Below, one piece after another: positions 19,085 through 28,960 of a DNA stretch of 64,000 bases. Under the pieces are notes generated by a model. The model was given only the letters and a program-made list of their open reading frames with translations. It was not told the DNA's origin and searched no databases. Location: NCBI GenBank assembly GCA_963674695.2, contig CAXXGI010000002.1, positions 256,001 to 320,000 of the forward strand, in the 5' to 3' direction. Each line of letters opens with the position of its first letter. Position 1 is the stretch's first letter. A program made the translations under genes and the position numbers. This stretch comes from a bacterium. Lineage in GTDB: Bacteria; UBA10199; 2-02-FULL-44-16; JAAZCA01.

Positions 19085-19588
19085 ATGAAGAAGATCGCAA
19101 TGGTGATGATGGTTGTAGGCGCCATGGCATTGGCCGCCTGCGGCAGCAGCGGCTCGAGCAGCGGCGGAACGGCGGCATCGCAGGCCGAAGCAGCGTTCAA
19201 CGATTTCGGCAATGCGGTTGATGCGTGCTTCGATGCCGCGGCACAAGTCGCCGGTGGGAATGAGGCAGCGGCCAAGGCCGAGGTCTCCTGCACGTGTCCG
19301 GGCGGCGGAACGATCACTGCGGATGATGATGCGGGAACGATGGTGATCGCCAACTGCGTCTCCGCGACGGGTGAGAACTATGCCGGAACGTTTTCATCGA
19401 CCGATGGCGGTCTGACGATCAGCGGGGCGATGACCGACTTTGGCGCGTGCGGCAGCGGGACGGCGACGGGTGTTGGAACGACGACCTGCGTCGGAGCGCT
19501 CAGCGTCAGCTGCCCGGCCGGATCCATCAGCTGCACGATCACCGACGATGCCGGCGGCGAGGATGAATGTGATCTCAGCTGTTCGTAA
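19085..19588 (+). CDS. Cys/Gly-rich lipoprotein
   Basis: Lipobox LAAC, GGGAGG SD, about 10 Cys. Confidence 0.8.
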   Translation: MKKIAMVMMVVGAMALAACGSSGSSSGGTAASQAEAAFNDFGNAVDACFDAAAQVAGGNEAAAKAEVSCTCPGGGTITADDDAGTMVIANCVSATGENYAGTFSSTDGGLTISGAMTDFGACGSGTATGVGTTTCVGALSVSCPAGSISCTITDDAGGEDECDLSCS

Positions 19589-19684
19589 GTGATCGAGCAA
19601 AACGTGTTTTCTCGGGGCCTCGATGCGCTTGACCGCATCGGGGTCCTTTTGTATAGGGCGCTGTTGCCCTACAAAGGAGCCCAC

Positions 19685-20563
19685 ATGACACACGCACTGA
19701 CCGAAACCAATATCCCCGGCCTCACCCTCAAAGGGCGTGGCAAAGTGCGCGACATCTACGATCTGGGCGATGAGCTCCTCATCGTCGCCACCGACCGCAT
19801 CTCGACCTTCGATGTGGTCCTGCCCACGCCGATTCCGGGCAAGGGCGAGGTGCTCACCGAGATGAGCCGGTTCTGGTTCGACCGCACCGGCGCCATCGTC
19901 CCCAACCAGCTCAGCGAGCGCACCATGTCCGATGTGGTTCGAGACGCCGAGTGGGTCTCGCGTATCGGCAAGCGCGGCATGGTGGTCAAGAAGGCCGAGC
20001 CCCTGCCGGTCGAGGCGATCGTGCGCGGTTATCTCTCGGGTTCCGGATGGAAGGAGTACAAACGCGATGGTGCGGTCTGCGGGATCAAGCTGCCGACGGG
20101 CTTGCGCGAGTCGGACAAACTCCCCGAGACGATCTTCACGCCCTCGACCAAGGCCGAGATCGGCGAACACGATGAGAACATCGATTTTGGTAAAGCCGCC
20201 GATCTCATCGGAAAGGATCTGGCCGAGCGCGTGCGCGACGTCTCCATTCGCCTCTATGAAGAGTCGGCGGCCTTTGCGCGCGAACGCGGCATCATCATCG
20301 CGGACACAAAGTTCGAGTTCGGCCTCCTCGGCGATGAACTCATTCTCATCGACGAAGTGCTCACGCCCGACTCCTCGCGTTTCTGGCCGGCCGATGACTA
20401 TGCGCCGGGTCGCGCGCAGGCCTCCTTCGACAAGCAGTTCGTGCGCGACTACCTCCTCGACCTCGGCTGGGACAAAAATCCGCCGGCGCCGGAGTTGCCC
20501 GCCCAGATCGTTGCGAAGACGGCGGAGAAATATGAAGAGGCGTTTGCGCGATTGACGCGCTAA
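19685..20563 (+). CDS. purC: SAICAR synthetase
   Basis: GKVRDIY, ATDRISTFD, RGYLSGSGW, DTKFEFG and DEVLTPDSSRFW motifs. Confidence 0.96.
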   Translation: MTHALTETNIPGLTLKGRGKVRDIYDLGDELLIVATDRISTFDVVLPTPIPGKGEVLTEMSRFWFDRTGAIVPNQLSERTMSDVVRDAEWVSRIGKRGMVVKKAEPLPVEAIVRGYLSGSGWKEYKRDGAVCGIKLPTGLRESDKLPETIFTPSTKAEIGEHDENIDFGKAADLIGKDLAERVRDVSIRLYEESAAFARERGIIIADTKFEFGLLGDELILIDEVLTPDSSRFWPADDYAPGRAQASFDKQFVRDYLLDLGWDKNPPAPELPAQIVAKTAEKYEEAFARLTR

Positions 20564-20590
20564 AGCAGACTATTTTTCAGGGCCTCGATT

Positions 20591-20666
20591 TGTCATCCCC
20601 GCGAAAGCGGGGATCTCGACGTGTCGTGACAATCGAGATTCCCGCTTACCCCATGCGGGAATGACA
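20591..20666. repeat. REP-like doublet
   Basis: TGTCATCCCCGCGAAAGCGGGGATCTC...GCGGGAATGACA. Confidence 0.85.
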
Positions 20667-20682
20667 CTTCTACGATCACCCT

Positions 20683-21210
20683 TCATTTCTTGATCTTCTT
20701 CTGATTCTTCTTCCGCCAATTGGCAGGATTCTGGAAAGTGGGTTTCTTGACCAGGGCCTTCCACGCCTCGGTGATCTGGAAGGCGAACTCCGGCAGGCCG
20801 TTGTCACCGTAGCGACTTACATTTTCATAGGCCAGCCCCGCCTGAATGAGCGCCACCCCCAGCAGATTCCCATCAGCCAATACATGCGCGAGCGTGCGGC
20901 CGTAGTAGCCCTTGCCGCCGCGCACGATCACCACGCGTTTCGCCTTCTCCAGAAACCGTTTCGTGAATGCCGCGGCTTCCTTCCCCTTGGGCTGATCGAT
21001 CGAGATGCCATGATCGGGGTGCCTGATCTCCGGCGTGTCGATGCCGAGCACGCGGATCTGTTCGCCATCGCAGGTGAAGGAGTCACCGTCGTCGTAGACG
21101 ATGGCGGTGCAAAGCTTCGTGTCCAGCTTGCGCGATGATTTCTTGGCCTGCACATCGGCGCCCACAAAAACGATACAGACGAGCATGAGGATGGGGATGC
21201 ATTTCTTCAT
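20683..21210 (-). CDS. Secreted thermonuclease (SNase) family protein
   Basis: Signal peptide; DDGDSF, IRVLGIDTPE and YGRTLA motifs. Confidence 0.9.
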   Translation of the reverse strand: MKKCIPILMLVCIVFVGADVQAKKSSRKLDTKLCTAIVYDDGDSFTCDGEQIRVLGIDTPEIRHPDHGISIDQPKGKEAAAFTKRFLEKAKRVVIVRGGKGYYGRTLAHVLADGNLLGVALIQAGLAYENVSRYGDNGLPEFAFQITEAWKALVKKPTFQNPANWRKKNQKKIKK

Positions 21211-21246
21211 GGGGTTCCTTTCTGAAATGGTTACAGGGACATCGAT

Positions 21247-21370
21247 TGTCATCCCGAGCGAGGCGAAGCCGAGTCGAGGGATCTCATGGCACTTGAAGAT
21301 CCCTCGACTGCGCCCTCTGGGCTCCGCTCGGGATGACATTTGCGCCCTCTGGGCTCCGCTCGGGATGACA
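21247..21370. repeat. REP-like element (TGTCATCCCGAGCG subtype) with duplicated right arm
   Basis: TGTCATCCCGAGCG...; TGCGCCCTCTGGGCTCCGCTCGGGATGACA occurs twice. Confidence 0.85.
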
Positions 21371-21376
21371 CTATCG

Positions 21377-23212
21377 TTACAGTATCACCTCCGCCCGGTG
21401 TTTGCGTCCGACGAGGAGCTCGCCTTCGGCGATGAGATCTCCGCTCACCAGGATGATCGCCTCGGCGCGGTCGTGCGGCTCACCCGCGGTGGCGTGAATC
21501 GAGCGCAGGCCCCCCAGCCAACGACGCGCGTCGGCGAGATAGAGCAGGTCGCCCGGGCTCGCATTCATCTGGCTCATGGCATTGGGGTGTAGGCGCAGGA
21601 TGCGCTCGCCCGGGATCGAGGAGAGCTGTCCCACGAAGGGCGTGCCCGGGTGTTCGTTCACCACGCCGCCCTTGAAACGTTCGCGTCCGGCGCGGATGGT
21701 GCCGAGCACCAAGCCCTGAATCTCGGCCAGCGGTTTCGGTTTGGTGATGAAGGTGACGACGATGCCGATGAGTCCCGCCGCAGCGATGCCATAGAGGGCG
21801 CGCATATACTTAAACCCGCCCGCTGGATCCACGCCGTGCGCCAATGGCGCGATGAGTTCGGGGTGCCAGATCGAGATCCCGACGGCGAGCGCGCCACCGA
21901 GCAGCGTGGCGAAGGCGGCCGTCGGCGTGAAGCGTTTCCAGAAGACGCCCAGGAGGATCGCCACGACCATGGGGGGCGTGACCGATGCGATGAAGGCGCC
22001 GTGTGCGACGTAGATCGATTTGAACTGCGCGAAGACCGGTACGAGCGCGATGCCGATGCCGCCCGCCGCGAGCGAGATGACGCGTGCCGCGCGGAGATAA
22101 TGCCGATCACTCCGGTCGCGCATGATATAGGGGCGGTAGATATCGTTGACCCCCACAACTGAAACTGCGTTGATGAGCGTGTCGATCGTGGACATCAGCG
22201 CGGCGATGAGCGCGGCCATGATCAATCCGAACATCCCCGGACGACAGAGGAGTGCTGCCACCGCGACGAATATCTTCTTCGGCGCCGTGTCGGCCGGCAA
22301 GAGCCCCGCCTCGACGAAGGCCTTGCCCAACCATCCGGCGTTGGCGACCGCCAGTGCGGCCAGCGGCATCAGGATGATCAGGATGAAGAGGAAGGCCTTG
22401 CGCGCATCGCGAACGCTGCGCACGCTCAAAAACCGCAGGAGCATCCCCTGGTTCATGAAGTAGAAGGCGATGTTGTTGGCGATGCCGTCCTGCCAGAAGA
22501 CGCCCGCGAAGTGAAAGCTGTGCGGCTCGTTGAAACTCGCCATCGGGAGGCGCCAGGCCTCCGGCAGGAGCCTCCAGAAGGTATCGAATCCGCCGAGGTA
22601 CAAAAGCCCGAGGGCGAAGAGCGTGAGCCCCGCCACGATGAGCAGCACGCCCTGCAGAAGGTCGGTCATGATGACCGAGGTCTGTCCACCGGCGGTGACA
22701 TAGACCGAGCAGACCACCGCGACCGCCACCGCCGACCAGAAGATGTCGGTGCCGAGCATCGCATTGAGGGCCACGCCCATCGTGTAGAGGTTGATGCCGA
22801 TATAGCCGATCATGTAGATGAGGATGATGATCGTGGCCATCGCGCGCGAGCGAGCGTCGAAACGTCGTTCGAAATATTCCGGAACGGAGGCGACGCGCGA
22901 GTAATAGATGATGGGAAGCCAGGTGAGCAGGAAGAGCCCCATCACGATCCAGTCGTTGAGGTAGCTCATCGTCGAGGACATGCCGAACTGAAAGCCGACA
23001 GCGGAATACTTGATGAAGCTGTAGGAGCCCACGGTCGTGGCCACCGCCGAGAAGGCGATGAGCCACCAGGCATAGCGTTGGCCGCCGAAGAAGAAGTCGC
23101 GCGTCGAGCGCGTGAAGCGCGCGAAGAGGGCGCCGAAGCCAAAGATGGCGACGAAATAGGCGATGATGATGGCAAAGTCGAGCTTGGTCCCGACGACCGT
23201 TGCGGCCATCAT
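21377..23212 (-). CDS. Sodium:solute symporter family transporter
   Basis: Many TM helices; SVPEYFERRF, GGQTSVIMTD and AALMSTID motifs. Confidence 0.9.
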   Translation of the reverse strand: MMAATVVGTKLDFAIIIAYFVAIFGFGALFARFTRSTRDFFFGGQRYAWWLIAFSAVATTVGSYSFIKYSAVGFQFGMSSTMSYLNDWIVMGLFLLTWLPIIYYSRVASVPEYFERRFDARSRAMATIIILIYMIGYIGINLYTMGVALNAMLGTDIFWSAVAVAVVCSVYVTAGGQTSVIMTDLLQGVLLIVAGLTLFALGLLYLGGFDTFWRLLPEAWRLPMASFNEPHSFHFAGVFWQDGIANNIAFYFMNQGMLLRFLSVRSVRDARKAFLFILIILMPLAALAVANAGWLGKAFVEAGLLPADTAPKKIFVAVAALLCRPGMFGLIMAALIAALMSTIDTLINAVSVVGVNDIYRPYIMRDRSDRHYLRAARVISLAAGGIGIALVPVFAQFKSIYVAHGAFIASVTPPMVVAILLGVFWKRFTPTAAFATLLGGALAVGISIWHPELIAPLAHGVDPAGGFKYMRALYGIAAAGLIGIVVTFITKPKPLAEIQGLVLGTIRAGRERFKGGVVNEHPGTPFVGQLSSIPGERILRLHPNAMSQMNASPGDLLYLADARRWLGGLRSIHATAGEPHDRAEAIILVSGDLIAEGELLVGRKHRAEVIL

Positions 23213-23436
23213 CGCGAACCTCCGATGCGGCCGATGGCGGCGAGCTGCCAGATGAGGAAGAGGGCGGCGTAGAAGAGAAAGCCGACGATGAGCACGAACA
23301 CGGTGCGCCGATCGTCGCGATTGCTCAAGCGAACGTCGTCCGCCGCGATGGGCGCGATGACGCTGGCCACAAAGATAACCCCGCCGACGATGAGGGCATA
23401 GAGCAGGCATCCCCAGTTGTGGGTAAACGCGAGCAT
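23209..23436 (-). CDS. Small 2-TM membrane protein coupled to the symporter
   Basis: 75 aa, two hydrophobic helices, ATGA overlap with the symporter start. Confidence 0.65.
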   Translation of the reverse strand: MLAFTHNWGCLLYALIVGGVIFVASVIAPIAADDVRLSNRDDRRTVFVLIVGFLFYAALFLIWQLAAIGRIGGSR

Positions 23437-23515
23437 CGGGATTGATCTACCAGGTCGCGAGGGTTCAAGTCAATTGACGGGATGTTATACGAGGGTCTGT
23501 TTTCATTTGATGGGG

Positions 23516-23587
23516 TGTCATTCCCGCGAAAGCGGGAATCTCGCTTATTTCTGCTCAACCGAGATCCCCGCGTTCGCGGGGATGACA
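23516..23587. repeat. REP-like doublet
   Basis: TGTCATTCCCGCGAAAGCGGGAATC...GCGGGGATGACA. Confidence 0.85.
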
Positions 23588-23639
23588 AAAACCAAGACTC
23601 CTGTTGTTTTAGAGTATTATGCTCAAATGAGGGCATGCC

Positions 23640-24125
23640 CTAATTTCCACGATTCTCCGGCGGAAAGATCAGATCATCCAACCAGCGTTGGCAGGCCTCG
23701 ATCGCCTCGGCGGCGTTTGCCACCGGGTGCGCATCGGCGATCTCCCAGCTGGAGATAGCAAAGACCGGCTTGCCGAGTTTTCGCGCCACCGCGATCTCCG
23801 AGAGCGTGCCGAAGCCGCCGCCGACGGCGATGAGCATGTCGGCGGTGTGCGCGATGATGCAATTGCGCGCGTGCCCCATGTTCGTGACGATGGGGATCGT
23901 GACGAAGGGGTTGGCTTCTTCGGCATGTGGTCCCGGCAGGATGCCCACGACCACGCCGCCCGCCTCATGCGCCCCACGGCTGGCCGCTTCCATCACGCCC
24001 GTGAGTCCCCCGGTGACGAGGGTAAATCCCGCTTTCGCGATGAGCGTGCCCACTTCAAAGGCGTGATCGGCGAGATCGGCTGAAGCATCTGCGGTGCCGA
24101 TGATGGCGACGATGGGTCGATTCAT
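23640..24125 (-). CDS. TIGR00725 / LOG-like Rossmann-fold protein
   Basis: TGGLTGVMEA, VGILPG, GHARN and GGGFGTLSEI motifs. Confidence 0.88.
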   Translation of the reverse strand: MNRPIVAIIGTADASADLADHAFEVGTLIAKAGFTLVTGGLTGVMEAASRGAHEAGGVVVGILPGPHAEEANPFVTIPIVTNMGHARNCIIAHTADMLIAVGGGFGTLSEIAVARKLGKPVFAISSWEIADAHPVANAAEAIEACQRWLDDLIFPPENRGN

Positions 24126-24152
24126 GAAAACCTCCTTCAAGGCGCGATGGGT

Positions 24153-25301
24153 TTACGTCGATGGGCGGCGGTGACGCCACGCCGTCAACCGATCGAAGAG
24201 TTTGATCCCCAGGCTGCGCCGAATGTCGATGGCGCGATGCGGACAGACCTCGTGGCAGCAGAAACAATCGACGCATTTGTCCTTGTCGATCTGTGGCGCT
24301 TCCTTTTCGTCCGGCCAGGCGATCGCCCCGACCGGGCACGCCTTCACGCAGAGCCCGCAACGTCGGCACCGAGAGGGCGCGATGCGCGGGTGTGCGGAGA
24401 AGTTCAACCAGATGAGCTTCATCACCAGACGCGAGAGCCACCAATCGCGCGCGCCGCTGCCGACTGTCGCCGGGAGCCGGAACGGCTGCGCGCCCGTCGT
24501 CTCTCCCACGATTACGATGGGGTCGTCCTCGCTCCAGATGCCCAGGGTGTGCGCCGCTGCGAGTGTGTCGATGCGCATCGGATCGACGCCGATGAGCCGA
24601 CAGCAGGCGGCGTCGACCGCATGGACGTTCGTGCCGACCACGATCCGCTGCAGATCGACGAGCGCACCCGCCGACGGCCCGTTCCCCTCCATGGCGATGA
24701 TGCCGTCGACGATGGTGAGCGCCGGACGTACCGCCTCGGCCACGCGCACCAACATTCGGGCGAACGCATCCCGCTTCGGATGCTGCCGGTGCAGGCCGGC
24801 CTTTTGCATGCCATTGATACAGCCGAAGCAGTTCTTCACCGCCAGCGTCATGACGGTCAGGCTGTGTGTCTTAAACTTCGGCAGGTTGATGACGAAATCG
24901 GTCTCCACCACCGCGCGCGCGATGGCGATCTCATTGCGTGTCGTGCTTCCGCTCGATTCGAATCGGATCGCCCGGGCGCCCGTCTCGCGGCAGACCCGAT
25001 CCATTTCGGTGACCTCCCAGACGAGGTCGAGCGGATGCACGCCGTTGGGGGAGTCGCCGAGGGCCACCTCGGCCGCGCCCGCCTCCTGAAAGAGGCGCAC
25101 GCAGGCGGCGACGAACCGCGGATCGGTGGTCACCCCCAGTGCGGGCGGAAAGGCGCCCAGGAGGTTGGGTTTGAGCAGGACGCGTTTGTTGCGGACGGCG
25201 GCGAGATCGAAATCGGTCAATTTCACCGCGCGGCGAATGGACGCCGCAAGCGAACTCGCTTCGTAGTTCGACTGTGCGATGGAGGCGACCCGATGCGACA
25301 T
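24153..25301 (-). CDS. DUF362 domain + 4Fe-4S dicluster protein
   Basis: LLKPNL, INLPKFKTH, VKNCFG, DGIIAMEGNGP; two CxxCxxCxxxCP motifs. Confidence 0.88.
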   Translation of the reverse strand: MSHRVASIAQSNYEASSLAASIRRAVKLTDFDLAAVRNKRVLLKPNLLGAFPPALGVTTDPRFVAACVRLFQEAGAAEVALGDSPNGVHPLDLVWEVTEMDRVCRETGARAIRFESSGSTTRNEIAIARAVVETDFVINLPKFKTHSLTVMTLAVKNCFGCINGMQKAGLHRQHPKRDAFARMLVRVAEAVRPALTIVDGIIAMEGNGPSAGALVDLQRIVVGTNVHAVDAACCRLIGVDPMRIDTLAAAHTLGIWSEDDPIVIVGETTGAQPFRLPATVGSGARDWWLSRLVMKLIWLNFSAHPRIAPSRCRRCGLCVKACPVGAIAWPDEKEAPQIDKDKCVDCFCCHEVCPHRAIDIRRSLGIKLFDRLTAWRHRRPST

Positions 25302-25352
25302 GGGCCGATCATGGGCGAAGGAATCGACAACGTCAACTCGATCGTGTCTCCA

Positions 25353-27935
25353 TCAGAAGGCGTACGCCCCCATCATCGCTGCGCCTCCGGTCACGAAGGG
25401 CAGCATGCCGTCCATGACGCCTTCGGGCATGGCGCTCGCCTCGATCGGCATTGGTTCGTGCAGTATCATCGCGCTGTCGGAACCGGCGACCCACGCTTCC
25501 ACGGCGGCATCGGTTGTCACCTGCTCCACGACGAGTGGTTCGCGGGCGATGAAGGGTTGCGCCCATGTGCGTGCCTGCGTTCCGCCGTTTGTCACGGGCG
25601 GTGCGCCGTTCGGCGATGGCTCGGATGATCCCGTCGGCGGTGCGCCGTTTGATCCATTGCCTCCACCGCCGTTGCGGGGGGGATCTCCATCGAATAGCGG
25701 CGGGCGTGGCTGTGTGCCGACCTCCTGCGTCACTTGATTCATCAACGCGATGAAGGAGAAGGGGAGCATGCCCATGGCCAGGTCTTCGGCGTTCTCTCCA
25801 TTTCGCTTCACCTCAAAGAACGTCGCGCGAATGGGGTCCTCGAGCAGCAGCCATGCATTGATCGCCGTGATCGCCCGCTGCCGGAGGATGGGGGGATAGT
25901 AGGCCAGCGGGGAGTTGAGCTGGGTCAATTGGTGCATTGCGCGAGCGACATCGTATCCCTGATGCCGATCGACGTGGCCATCCCGATTGGTCCAGGGCGT
26001 TTGGCTCGCTTCGAGCGGAAGGCGTGCGTCGGTTCCCACGCCGAGTGCGGTCTGAAGAAAATCGATAAAGCTATCGGGAATGCCGCGATGGTGCTGCGCA
26101 TGCGATGGCTTGCCGTTTCGTTTCCAGAAGGCGCTTTTGAGTTCACTCGAAATTCCCTGCCAGATCGCCAGGAGTCGTTCGGCGCGTGCGTCGACGATAT
26201 GGAACGGGGCCTGCGTGAGAAGGGAATGCCGTTCGCGCAGGCGATGATAGACCAGCGCGCGCTGTTCAACGTCTTTGAGTTGGCGCAGGCGCGATCGGCG
26301 AAAGAGGCGGATGAACTCGAACGGGAGCGCGCCGTCGGCCATCTCTTCGGCGACATCGACGAAGGCTTGGCGGTCATCCACTTCGAGCGTACTCCAGAGG
26401 TGGATGATCTTGTCCGCGGCATACTCGATTGTCTTCGGTGTCACCCATTTTCCCGTGTTGGTGCGTGCATCGGTTTGTGCCGAGGTGTGTGCCCGCGTTT
26501 CAATTTCATAGAGCGATTTTCCAAAGATGTTTTGTGCGAGCTGATCCTGAACGGTCACCGGATCGGGGGCGATGACATATTCGGCTGCCCAGACCTTGGT
26601 CGATTCGGCCAGCAGGTCGAACATGTCTTCATTCTTGAGATACTTCTCGGAGAACCGCTCGATAAAGCCGAAGGGCAGCTTTCCCTCCGTGGGGCGTTCA
26701 TCGTCGATGACCATCACGTATTGATCGAGCGGAGCTTGTTTCTTCCACTGTTCGACGGCGAAGAAACTCATGTAGCGTTGCACCAGATGGGGGAGCGCGA
26801 TGAAGCGTTCGCCGCGACGCTCATAGCGGTCGCTGTGAATGAGTTTGGCCAGCTGCTTGAAGGCGACATTCGCACGGGGATTGATGCTGGCCAGGGTGTT
26901 GTGAATATCCTCATCCGTCGGTCGGAAGGCGGCCATTTGTGTGTCCGAGGAGGATCGCCCAGGTCGAATCAGGATGGTCGTCGAGGAAGAGGGGTTCGTC
27001 GTCGGCAGGGCCGCATTTTGGGCGGCCTCTTCAAGCTCTGGATCCTTCGGCGGTTGTTGGCCGCGCAGCCATCCGAGCGTGAAGACATATTTCAATGTGC
27101 GGCCGAGGCTCGGCAGCGTGCGGCCAAAGAAATTTCGTGTGGCGCGGCTGAAGGTGCTGATGCCTTGGTCAAAGTTCTCAGCGCCCCTTCCTGCAGCCCT
27201 GGCGTGATTGCCTGCGGTGCTGATGGCCTTGATGACCTTGACGATGATCCAGACGATGAGCCCCAGTCCGAATCCAAAGCCGCCGCCGGTGCCGAAGCTC
27301 CACCACGGGTATTTTTTCTTCTCCTCCTCCTTCACTTTCTCACAGAGCAGAGACAGGTCGGCCAGGTCCTGCGCCCGCTTTCGGTCGAAGGTACAGGTAT
27401 TGGCTTCGTCGCATTCGTACATGATGTTGCAGCTATGCTGCATGGATTGGTGCACGGCCAGAATGTTCTGTTCCAGGTTCTGACAGTGCGATTGCATCGG
27501 TTCGATGGAGGTGCTGATGTTTTTCGAAAAGGCCTTCATCGCCGTTCGATAGCGTTTTCGTGCCGTCAGCGGCAGCGATTGCGCGATGATCTTTTCCGCA
27601 TCGACTTCATGGAGGTGGCATTCAGCATGGGGGAGCAAATCGGCAATATCGCTGGCCAGCGTTCCACAGCCGCTGGTGCTGTACCAACTTAAATAGGCAT
27701 CGCTCAGTGCGGTGATCCCTGGGACGGACGGCTTTTCATCGCTGCCCGGATAGACCAGGCGGGTCATCTCGGTGTCGTGTCCGTTGGAGATAACGGGCCA
27801 GTCAGCCGGGTTGCTCGCGCAGAACTCGTCGTCGCGACAGCTCTGCAGGCTCTCCGAGCAGCAGATGATCGGCTTGAGTCGTTCCAGGAAATCCTTGCCG
27901 ATCGTGAGGGAAATGAGGGGGCGGGATTCACTCAT
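25353..27935 (-). CDS. Large hypothetical membrane protein with Cys-rich N-terminus, internal helical repeats and Gly/Pro tail
   Basis: AAGGAG SD before MSESRP; one TM segment (GFGFGLGLIVWIIVKV); four LP..FI repeats. Confidence 0.75.
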   Translation of the reverse strand: MSESRPLISLTIGKDFLERLKPIICCSESLQSCRDDEFCASNPADWPVISNGHDTEMTRLVYPGSDEKPSVPGITALSDAYLSWYSTSGCGTLASDIADLLPHAECHLHEVDAEKIIAQSLPLTARKRYRTAMKAFSKNISTSIEPMQSHCQNLEQNILAVHQSMQHSCNIMYECDEANTCTFDRKRAQDLADLSLLCEKVKEEEKKKYPWWSFGTGGGFGFGLGLIVWIIVKVIKAISTAGNHARAAGRGAENFDQGISTFSRATRNFFGRTLPSLGRTLKYVFTLGWLRGQQPPKDPELEEAAQNAALPTTNPSSSTTILIRPGRSSSDTQMAAFRPTDEDIHNTLASINPRANVAFKQLAKLIHSDRYERRGERFIALPHLVQRYMSFFAVEQWKKQAPLDQYVMVIDDERPTEGKLPFGFIERFSEKYLKNEDMFDLLAESTKVWAAEYVIAPDPVTVQDQLAQNIFGKSLYEIETRAHTSAQTDARTNTGKWVTPKTIEYAADKIIHLWSTLEVDDRQAFVDVAEEMADGALPFEFIRLFRRSRLRQLKDVEQRALVYHRLRERHSLLTQAPFHIVDARAERLLAIWQGISSELKSAFWKRNGKPSHAQHHRGIPDSFIDFLQTALGVGTDARLPLEASQTPWTNRDGHVDRHQGYDVARAMHQLTQLNSPLAYYPPILRQRAITAINAWLLLEDPIRATFFEVKRNGENAEDLAMGMLPFSFIALMNQVTQEVGTQPRPPLFDGDPPRNGGGGNGSNGAPPTGSSEPSPNGAPPVTNGGTQARTWAQPFIAREPLVVEQVTTDAAVEAWVAGSDSAMILHEPMPIEASAMPEGVMDGMLPFVTGGAAMMGAYAF

Positions 27936-28411
27936 GACGCCCTCCTTTCGAGGTGAGGCACCGAGGGATATGCACAAGATGGATTGGATAGAGGGGGGAA
28001 TGGCAGGGTGTAGAAATCACCCGTGCCGGATTGCTGAATGTGAATACAGATGGGAGCGACCGCGAGGGAGGTGCCTCCGGGAGGCTGAGCCGTCATACGC
28101 GGAGGAGGTGGTAGTGGCGGGAGAGAAGAGGCCTCGCCTGGGGGAAGCGCGGTCATGCGGGGCGTCATGATCTTGTGGTCGGATGAAGGCGGAGAGGGTC
28201 TCCGGAACACGTGAACGGCGCCAACAGCATGTGTCTTCGTCCCGACAGACATGGCGGCCCCCCTGGGCATTTGTGTGGTGTGTGCGACTCCATTAAGCGG
28301 AGACAGTGATGCGTGATCAGCGTTCGCCTTTGCGTTGCATGCAGAATGCCACTTCAGATGGGCATGGACAAGAATGGAACTGGTGGGTGAAAAATGAATA
28401 CCCATTTGCAA
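27932..28411 (-). CDS. Possible Pro-rich hypothetical protein
   Basis: Its stop overlaps the next start (ATGA); low complexity; start uncertain. Confidence 0.3.
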   Translation of the reverse strand: MQMGIHFSPTSSILVHAHLKWHSACNAKANADHASLSPLNGVAHTTQMPRGAAMSVGTKTHAVGAVHVFRRPSPPSSDHKIMTPRMTALPPGEASSLPPLPPPPRMTAQPPGGTSLAVAPICIHIQQSGTGDFYTLPFPPLSNPSCAYPSVPHLERRAS

Positions 28412-28541
28412 ATTGCATGCTAAATTGAATGGTTATGGGGGGGTTGTCGTATAATGGTTTGAAATTGCACGATAATCTTTTTTGACGTGGTCGCAGGGGG
28501 GGTGAAAATTCTTGAAAGAAAAAGACAATTTTCCAGAAAAA

Positions 28542-28952
28542 TCACTCCGTTGGCGTGGCTTCGGGGGGGGAGGTGATCTTTCGCAGGGTGATGATGAAGC
28601 CATCGCGGCGATCCGTTCGCGTCTGGAGGTCGAAGCGGTTTGCGGCCAGGCTCGTGATGTCGGCCATGAGCGCATCGGTCGTTCCGGCGAAGCGTCCGCT
28701 GTAGACGATCTGGTTCTGGCTCTCGCGAAGGGGGATGAACTGCCGCATCGGTTTGAGTTGCTTGAGGCTGCCCGTCAGGGCGTCGATGTCAGTGTAATGG
28801 CGAGTTCCCAGCAGGACGAGCGTAAACGGAATGGCCGAGGTCGAAACCGTTGCCGAGGTGGAGACGATCGGTTTGGTCGGCGTCTGTGCGGAAACTGGAG
28901 TTGCGACGATCAGGCAGATAGCACAGGCGATGGCAAACGTGAGGGATTTCAT
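28542..28952 (-). CDS. Secreted hypothetical protein
   Basis: Signal peptide ending VSA|Q; GAGG SD. Confidence 0.7.
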   Translation of the reverse strand: MKSLTFAIACAICLIVATPVSAQTPTKPIVSTSATVSTSAIPFTLVLLGTRHYTDIDALTGSLKQLKPMRQFIPLRESQNQIVYSGRFAGTTDALMADITSLAANRFDLQTRTDRRDGFIITLRKITSPPEATPTE

Positions 28953-28960
28953 GGATACCT

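Noticed and set aside
25734-27692. Long antisense ORFs (also 4633-6087, 31312-32871, 39560-41449 and others)
   Set aside because: They are shadows of well-supported genes in high-GC DNA and carry no motifs.
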